Shown here: piece after piece, positions 12,340-64,000 of the stretch
Layout: each line of letters begins with the position of its first letter
How positions within the stretch are numbered: the first letter of the stretch is position 1
Notes under the pieces: generated by a model
The model's input: only the letters and a program-made list of their open reading frames with translations
What the model was told of the DNA's origin: nothing
Database searches by the model: none
Assembly (NCBI GenBank): GCA_047967505.1
Contig: CM106538.1
Length of the DNA: 64,000 nucleotides
Source: Dipteris shenzhenensis
Taxonomy: Eukaryota
Reading direction: 5' to 3' (one strand)
Made by a program: the position numbers and the translations under genes

Positions 12340-15300
12340 TCGCATCATAGATGAGTTTAATCTTGAATTGGGCATTTTTGCTCACAAAAAACAAACCCTT
12401 CTTATTTTTATGAGACCATAGACAAAGAGAATTCAATCAAATATGACTTCTCACACTTAAACTGCTAATATGGTGAAATACATATCCCTTGATATCTACC
12501 CCAGACTGGACTATTACCCATGGTAGATATCGATCCAATAGGGTAAACCAAAAGTTATTCATAGAAGCATGCAAAAAAAAGAATGCTAATGTAGGGAGAG
12601 CTTCCCTCGAGGAATCCAACATTTGGAACATGTGCAAAAAGGCCCTTTGCGTGTGCAAGTGAGTTTGAAGACTCCTTTGGAGTTTAGTAACTAAATTAAC
12701 CAATATCTAAATCTTGCCCAAAAGCCTTACAGAAATATCATTCTTTAGAAAAACATATTCCCTTAAATGCATACCCTATATCAGCTTAAAAATGCAAAAT
12801 CTAGCATTTGGAACACCCGCAAAACCAAAACACAAAAGGTTCTCACCTCTCAAGGTCAAGCTCCTCAGCGTCCTCCTAGACATCTCAATGGCTCAAAACT
12901 AGATATTACTTCGAACCACTACACCGCGAAACTTTCTAGGTGTCTCTTCATCAAGGTCTCTATTCATCTCTTCCTTTGTTGAGCATCAATCATATAAGCA
13001 AGTGGTTCAGTGTTCAAAACCTTGGATCCCATATTGATGCATCTTCTCCAACTATAAAAGAAGATGCATCGACGTCTGGTGTTCATATATATCAAAGATC
13101 ATATTAAAGGAGCAGTTTCAATGAAAAATTAACATAGCTTCATTCAACCAAAATCCTTAAAAGAATACATTTCTTTAAAAAACATGTTTCTATCTAAACA
13201 TGCTAAACACCTTTACCTACTTCTCTTATAAACACAAATGAAAGCAGACAAAATATAGCATTTGGAACACTTGCAAAACCAAAACACAAAAGGCCCCCCG
13301 GTGTACAAGTGAGTGTGAAGACTCCTTTGTAGGTTAGCAACTGCTACACAAATATGAATCCAACAAATTAACATTACTATAAAATGCAAAAATAATTGAG
13401 ATAAAACCTCTATTTAATAAAACCAACAACATGAACAAACACACCAATGATGAAATCCGCACCCTAGATACTCCAAAAAATGGGCTAAATAGGCCCTCCA
13501 ACGAGCTCTAGTTAACACTTTTGCCAGACCATAAAAAGGTCCTCTAGCTAGCCCAGCCCATAACCAACCTATTTTTCCCTGCTAAATGACCTTGTACTAC
13601 CCCCACCTAGCACCATATTTTACATCATAACTAGCCTATAGTCAGACAATAAATGACCAACTTTAATCCTATGCTCATTGAAAGTACTAGCAAAAAAAGA
13701 AAAGACCCACATAGAAAGGGATAATAAAAGCTTATAAAATACCTTAGGAGGCTTCCCCTCATAAATGCAAAGGAGAGCATAGAAAGTATAGCATTTGGAA
13801 AAACCTGCAAAACCAAAACACAAAAGGCAATCTCGGGTGTAAGGGATTCTGAAGAATTATTGGCAAGTTAGTAACACAAATTGTTATAGCCATTAAATAT
13901 TACCACAACTGGCATGACTAAAATCAGTGTCTCTTATAGATAAGAAAATGTAGGATTCCACAACATCTTTCATATTATAAAATTGTCATTTTTTTCCCTT
14001 GCTAGCTTGCTTTGCGAGAGGCACATCCTTAGGTGTGTGTCCCTTACCTCTAATCATGTTCTTCATAGTATCCATTGCCTCCACTGATATCTCACAATCA
14101 GTCTTGTCCTATCATCAGGATCAACTCCTTCGATAGAGGGGACAAGATGTGCCTGAGGAAGAAGGGCCATGTCTGTCTCATCATCCATTATGTCAAAGTA
14201 TTGCATGTATAGTACCTTCAAGTGTGCTACTAATCGTTTTTTGGTGCAGACCATTGCAAAATAAAAGAATTTTAAAAAGAGAGAAGATTAAATTTAAGTT
14301 GATGTGCCCTAAACCCCAATGTGCAGAGCCCATGGACATGTATTTAAGGACTATAAGGTGAAGGAGAGTGCGATGTTGGTCATCAATAACTTCTCACATG
14401 GACAATGTTGGTGTCCAAATGAATCCTTGGAGGCTCTAGGGGACTTGATGGGCCACTAGTGCCCTCACCTCCCTCGTGCGTGCGGACATTGCCATTGCAC
14501 CTACGTGTGTGGGAAAGGGTCCTTAGAAGGACTGAGGAGCATAGGAGGAGTACAAGCAAGGTTTAAAAGGGGGAGTGAAGGATTTATTCATCGTAGCATG
14601 CAAACAAAAGAATGCTAATGTAGGGAGAGCTTATCTTGAGGTAGAAATGGCTTCAAAATACCTAACCTTGCAAATGAGAGCATATAAAATCTAGCATTTG
14701 GAAGACTTGCAAATTCAAAACACAAAAGGCCCTTCGATTGTGCAAGCGACTTCAAATACTCCTTTGTAGGTTAGTAACTAGATTAACATAGATCTAAATC
14801 TCGCCCAAAAGCCTTAAAGGAATAGCATTCTTTTATAAAACATGTTTCTTTAAATGAATACCCTAGACCAGCTTAAAAATGCAAATAGAACACCTGCAAA
14901 ACCAAACACAAAGGGCTCTCACCTCTCAGGGTCAAGCTCCTCACCACTCCTCCATAGCCCCAAATTTTATAGGTCTCTCTTCATCTCTTCCTTTGTTGAG
15001 CTTCTCTATTGTTGAGCGCCAATCATCTAAGCAAGTGCTACAGTGTTTAAAACCTTGACACTTGTATTCATGCATCTTCTCCCATTATAAAAGAAGATGC
15101 ATCAACATTTGGTGTTCATATATATTGAAGATGAATTTCAATGAAAAATTTACACAGCTTCATTCAACCAAAATTCTTATAGGAATAATTTTCTTTAAAA
15201 AACATGTTTCTATTTAAACATGCTAAACACTCAAAACACCTTTATTGGCTTCTCTTGTAAATGCAAACAACAATAGACAAAATATAGCATTTGGAACACC

Positions 15301-16345
15301 TACAAAACCGAAACCCAAAAGGCCCCTTAGTGTGCAAGTGGTTCAAATACTCCTTTGTAGGGTAGTAACCAAAATAACACAGATCTGAATCCGACAAATT
15401 AACATTCCTCTAAAGATTGAAATAAAACCTCTGCACTTTACTGCTAAGTAAAACCAACAACTCGAAGAACCACACCAAGATGAAATTTGCACCCTAGAAT
15501 ACTCCAAAAAATAGGCTAAATAGGCCCTCCAACAAGCCCTAACTGACCTTTGACCATGCCATAAATAGGCTCTCTAACTAGCACTTTACTCAACCCATAA
15601 CCAACCACTACCCCCCCCATTTTACACCATAACCATCTATAGTTTAACATTGTGCTCATTGAAAGTACTGACAGGACAAGAAAAGACCCACAAAGAAAGG
15701 GTTAATAGGCTTGGGCAAGTATATATTGCTACCTCCTCTTTACACATGTAATATAAATCGCAAAAAGTGAAATGAGATAAGAACTTGTTGTATGTTTCTT
15801 CTCTCTTCACTCTTGGATGAAAATATTACATAGATGCACAAGGACATCACATCCTCAACAAGAATGTGCTTCAAAAATCCCACAAAAACATAAACTTGCA
15901 AAATCTCTACCAATGTCACAGTCACTTCTAAGTTAAAGAACAAGAGTAGATTATCTTCCACACTAAGGCTAATTATTCAACACATGAGTTCTCATCATTC
16001 ACCCCATAGAACCTTAAGATAGACCCATGAGATCTAATGTCCTTTCATTTAATGTAGATCTCAAAAGGAAATTTGGGCGATTCACAATTCTCCACCTAAT
16101 TGAATTCCAACACTGAATACTTCTCAAATTGACAAACAAAGCATTTGCTCAATACATGACCGCACCAAAGTATGTAAGAGAGGAGTTGAATCCTAAATTG
16201 AGCATTTTGCTCATAAAAAGCAATCCCTTCTTAGTTGTATTAAGAAGATAGACAAAGAGAATTCAGTCAATGATTACTCCTCGCAGGTAAACTGCTAATA
16301 TGGTGAAATACTTTAGCCTTCTTATCTACCCTAGACTTGACTATC
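12340..16345. repeat. Diverged segmental duplications and a recurring ~60-100 bp module
   Basis: ~12560-13720 is similar to ~14585-15700; 12355-12515 is similar to 16185-16345; module aaatgcaaa..tagcatttggaacac.tgcaaaaccaaaacacaaaagg at ~12790, 13250, 13765, 14670, 14880, 15260. Confidence 0.75.
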
Positions 16346-16356
16346 CCTGATATTTA

Positions 16357-16617
16357 TTTATTTAATTTTTGGGCAAAAAAATAGAGTGTCTTTATTACTT
16401 TATAACATTTGATACATCAAAAGATTTCCTCTAGACTATTGGTTCTGATTACATTAGCACTTACATCATGGAATAACAAAAAGCTAACATCCTAAAAAAC
16501 AACTAAGAGGGGCTTCTCAAAGGTGGAAGGAGAAGCTAGAGGTTTCCTCTTTGGAGTCTGAAGCAGCAACAACAGTAGTATTTGTAGAGTGACCATGAGC
16601 AACAGTAGCAAGGCAAC
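16357..16617 (-). mobile_element. 5'-truncated non-LTR retroelement (LINE 3' end or SINE) with 12-bp TSD
   Basis: TSD CCCTGATATTTA at 16345-16356 and 16618-16629; A-rich (TAAA)n tail on the minus strand next to the left TSD. Confidence 0.65.
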
Positions 16618-18267
16618 CCCTGATATTTACATAGAAGATCGAGTCCGATGGACCTTGTGTCGTGTCTCATCTCTAAATTTTTCATAATTTGTCTCTGCCT
16701 CTCGTTAAGAAATACATAAATTATAAAATGGAGAGTATATTAAAAATTTGTGATTATGTGCTCCATAACAAAATGAAAATATAAGACATCAGATTCACTA
16801 AATAAAAAAATGCAACAAGATACAAGCCTACCAAGTACTGAAACTAGATGAGTTTTTGATTATGCGCGATAGGATTGAGGTATACGCTATATATATGCTT
16901 AAGAATCACAAATCGAACTACTAAGGAATGAAACTTAGAGATTTTACACAATGGCAATTTTTATGTAATAATATTTTTGTTTTCAAATGCTTTAAAAAAG
17001 TTGTAATTTATATGTGATACTTATTAAGCAAGCATGCATTTATGAACTATTTTTCAATGCTTTTTCTTTTGTTTGAGTGTTTTTTGTTAAATACGTTTTT
17101 TTATAAAATTATTATGATGAAACATTATAAAAAGAAATTTTAAACCATGAACATCATATTGATCGAGGTTGTTGTATCTTTTTTCACCTATTGTCTTGAT
17201 TGATAAAACACTCTCGAACAACTCGAAAAAATTATCACGTGTCTAGCAAATTATTTCGCATATATTGTTTTATGATTATTTCATGCCTATTCGTAAAAAA
17301 CATATACATAATATGTCTTTCTTAAACGCCATCATAATTGTAGATTTCAACTAGTGTGCATTTAAATACCCAAATCGACTTTAGGTATGGTGGCATACTT
17401 ATGAAAAAGAATTATACGTTCTAGTAAAATAAACAAGGTGAAAATTTTACTAGGCGTGCCAAAGGAGATGTGACAACCTCACCCTCAAATTATGACAACC
17501 CTTAAATCCCCTCCTATGTTATCCTTCTATCATAGCATTCATTTAAGGCCCTAGTATAATTCCCATAATAAGAGAACCCAAAGCAAACGCTATGGCTTTG
17601 CCCTTGGCATGCCAAAAACATGTTATGGGTACACCTGGTAAGTCCAAAAGATAAGTGGGAAGGGTAAGACAAAGGGCAATTGGAGGAAATGAGAATGGGC
17701 TAGGCGAGAGCCCGTTGTTACGTGAATGGTCGCAAGTTCAAGTCGTGCTATACCCAAACCTGAAACACGTGATTGAGTAGTTATGGGAGTCGGTATATAG
17801 TTTTAGCCCAAGACGGTCTAATACTATCACTCAGATCTCACGGGTGCCGACCCATTGTAGGCACAAATGAAGTGTCGACGCACGATTAACTTGCGGTGAT
17901 CAGAGGAGGGCGAACTAGTTTAATTAAATTCTAGAGAGGAGGAGATAACGAGGAGATACCGAGAGGGGTTATTCCTAGGAGTCGTCGTCGAGGACTCAAG
18001 AGAGGCATAGGGGGGGAGGATAAGCAAGGTTTAAAAGCGGGTGGGGGGGGAGTGGAGGATTTATTTTTGGAAAGGATGGAGACGTTGGGGGACGCGTGGC
18101 AGGGTAAAGGGATGACCGGGGGGACCGGGTGGAAAGGGCCGATCCGGTGAAGATTCTGAGGAAGAGGCAAAGAGGAAGACGGGGAGTTGGCGGTAAAACG
18201 AGGTGCAGGTGTAAATGGAACCGAAAAAAAGGTTCGTCGTCTTCATGGGGACCGTCTTCTCCCAAAA

Positions 18268-18520
18268 TATAAATATGTGGGAGTGTATATAAACACCAAG
18301 CTACTACTTTAGACAGGTTCGCGAACTCTCTGAGTATGAAACCCTAGCTTAGCCCCTTTGTGTCTCTCTCAGAGCACCAAAGAAACTCCTTCTTGTTCCT
18401 GCTCCTCGTTCCAAGAACCCCCCCCCCCCCCCGCTCCTGCTCCTGCTCCTTTAGGGTTTCCCTTCCCCTCTCCCTTTCCATGCCCTCTTGACCTTTCCTC
18501 CCCCTCCCTCCCCCCTCTCC
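18268..18520 (+). promoter_or_regulatory. PDS5 core promoter/5' UTR: TATA-like motifs and telo-boxes in a CpG-retaining island
   Basis: TATAAATA 18268, TATATAAA 18286, AAACCCTAG 18339-18347, TTAGGGTTT 18451-18459, CT-rich leader before the ATG; CpG retained across about 17.6-19.4 kb unlike the TE flanks. Confidence 0.6.
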
Positions 18521-61763
<43,243 letters not shown>

Positions 61764-62282
61764 GTTCAGATGGCTGTCTGTGTACTTCCTGTTCACTTCC
61801 AATTAAGGAGAAAATTAAGGATCCCCCCTTCAAAATTCTAAATCTCATTGGGTGAAGGAAAAAATTTAATTACCAGATTCACTTATATTGGCTATTTTTA
61901 AATTTAAAATGAATTGATTATACAAGTATATGTTTACCTATTTACATGTATGTATATGTAAAGCGCATCTCTTATACTTAAGTTTTAGATTGATGCAAGC
62001 TATCGTATGTATATGTGGAAGCCTCAACAGGTTGCTGTGTTTGTATGTAGGATTTATGCTAAAAGCATGCACAATAGTCTCGTGATTCACCGTGGCTTTA
62101 ATTATAAGAAAACCAATAGGGTATTCATGAAGATCAGCTCTTGCTAAATGGTTATATGTGTGTGTGTGTAGATAGCACATACACACTTTTTTTTTGGGGG
62201 GTGAATTTTTTAATGCTTTATATTACATAGAAGCTTCCCCTGAATGAGGAGCCCAACATGACATCAGACACACACACACACA

Positions 62283-62582
62283 CGCGCGCGTGTGTGCGTG
62301 CGTGTGTACGTATAGGCTATGATGATACTTGTAGGTCTAGGCTGCCCTGTTGGTCTGCTGCTGGGATTCCTGGCGCGCGCATGCGTGCATGCGTACGTAT
62401 AGGCTATGATGCGCGCGTGTGTGTGTGTACGTATAGGCTATGATGATACTTGTAGGTCTAGGCTGCCCTGTTGGTCTGCTGCTGGGATTCCTGGCGCGCG
62501 CATGCGTGCATGCGTACGTATAGGCTATGATGATACTTGTAGGTCTAGGCTGCCCTGTTGGTCTGCTGCTGGGATTCCTGGC
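62283..62582. repeat. Triplicated ~68-bp unit with (GT)/(GC)-rich spacers
   Basis: tacgtataggctatgatgatacttgtaggtctaggctgccctgttggtctgctgctgggattcctggc at ~62307, 62428, 62515. Confidence 0.9.
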
Positions 62583-62881
62583 TGCTGAACTGAGCCACTG
62601 AAGGCCCAAGAGCAGGATGAAGAATGAGGGCTAAGGGACTGCCTTTAATAGGCCCCTTGGGCCCCTGAAATGGCCGACTGGTGTACCCGACCCCTGCTGC
62701 TACTGCACCAACTGAAGGCTCTCCATTGACCCCTGCATAGTCATTGACCAGCCACATGGCTGCTGATGTCGTCGTTGACATGGTGCCTGCTGTGCTGATG
62801 CCATTTGTTGACTGGGCTGTAATCCTCTTATCAATTTCCTGCGCTGTTCACCTCTCTCAATTTTCATGTAATTTGCAGACA

Positions 62882-62921
<40 letters not shown>

Positions 62922-63099
62922 AAACAACTAGGGCCCATGACAACATTTCGGGCTGGACCGCCCCAAGGTATTTTATTACTAGAAGGATTTTGTACAGAGA
63001 GTTCAGCGTAGAGCTGTGTTCAGAAATTCAAAAAGTGCAATATTTACAAGAGCTCAAGGCTCCCGGATTAGAGGCAACATGCCACTTGTCCAATTTCTA

Positions 63100-64000
63100 G
63101 CCTAATTCTAATCCCATGTCCTTGGGTAAGGTCCTCTTAGCACTTGGTCTCGAGAATAACTCCTAGTCGCTCGCGAGGCTCTGCAATGCCCAAGTCTAGA
63201 ACCTTCCTTATACCTGCAACAATTAAATAAAGCGCATAACCATGGCACCCATTTATTGTTAGCGCTTTGCATGCAAAAAATCAACTCTGGACTAATCCTA
63301 GTCATTGTGGGCGTCCCCACTGAACACATGTGCGCACATAACAAAAAATGATTGGTGAATTTGGAATCCCTGTGGGAACAATGATACGGGACATGCCACA
63401 CGTGGGATACCACCATTTGAGAAAAAGACAAGATGTGTCTTGTGCGTCAATGGTGCCCTTGCATGGAATAAGCATGACAAATCTGTGAAACCTGTCAACA
63501 ATGGTTAGGCACACGGTATTCCGGGTACCAATAGCTGGTGGAAGGTCTGTAACAAAATGCATGCTAATTTGCTCAAAAGGCTGATCTGGAATCTCAAGGG
63601 GCTGAAGTAATATTGGCAGCTTCTCGTGGGATACCTTCACTTCCAATGAGATACATATTGATGAACATCATTACGTAAATGAGGCGAGAAAAATTTACGC
63701 TTGATCTTCTCGAGAGTGCTTGCAACTCCTCTGCGTCCGCCTGTTGAAGAATCGTGAATATCATAGAGAATTGTAGCATGGTATGGAGGCAACACACATA
63801 GGCGTCCTTTGAAGAATAATCACCTGTCATGTCTATCATAGTCGTCTGGTCGTGCTTCAGCATGACTTTGTACGGTGTGTTATGATTCGTATGGTAACAG
63901 TTGCGCACTGTTAGAGAGGACTCCTGTTCTATGGAAATAAAGGTGACCATCCCTCGTCTGCTAAGAGCATCTACCATAACATTCTCTGATCTTGGTTGAT
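63100..64000 (-). mobile_element. Decayed Ty3/Gypsy RNase H end / integrase, runs off the window
   Basis: NVMVDALSRR; LLQPLEIPDQPFEQISMHFVTDLP..TIVDRF; RDSKFTNHF. Confidence 0.88.

Noticed and set aside
62283-62582. Repeat-spacer appearance suggestive of CRISPR
   Set aside because: Units are ~68 bp with microsatellite-like, non-unique spacers; eukaryotic intron context and no cas genes.

Overview
Repeat-rich nuclear DNA from a large-genome land plant; a fern or other seed-free vascular plant is an inference from the TE-stuffed introns and the TE families present. One host gene dominates: a + strand PDS5 (cohesin-associated HEAT-repeat protein with a C-terminal Tudor domain, PDS5A-like). I traced it by hand from ATG 18521 through 31 GT-AG exons in continuous phase to about 61763, about 1,600 codons; the 3' end is uncertain and may lie beyond the window. 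Three giant introns (14.5, 9.6 and 7.4 kb) hold nested Gypsy, Copia and RTE remnants. They also hold a young non-autonomous Copia-type element with intact LTRs, PBS, PPT and TSD, a solo LTR with TSD, two stray host-gene fragments (an OPR/old-yellow-enzyme exon and an NYN-ribonuclease N-terminus) and a 6-kb L1-type LINE with a 17-bp TSD. The LINE is the most unusual object. Its ORF1 appears to carry an extra folded C-terminal domain (possibly NUDIX-like), is joined to ORF2 by an ATGA stop/start overlap, and ORF2 has lost almost all of its endonuclease by an in-frame deletion. Upstream of the gene (1-17.5 kb) lie decayed Gypsy elements (one with an additional RNase H), duplicated unclassified repeats and a small TSD-flanked non-LTR insertion. 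All identifications are from reading and translating the sequence by eye; no database search was run.
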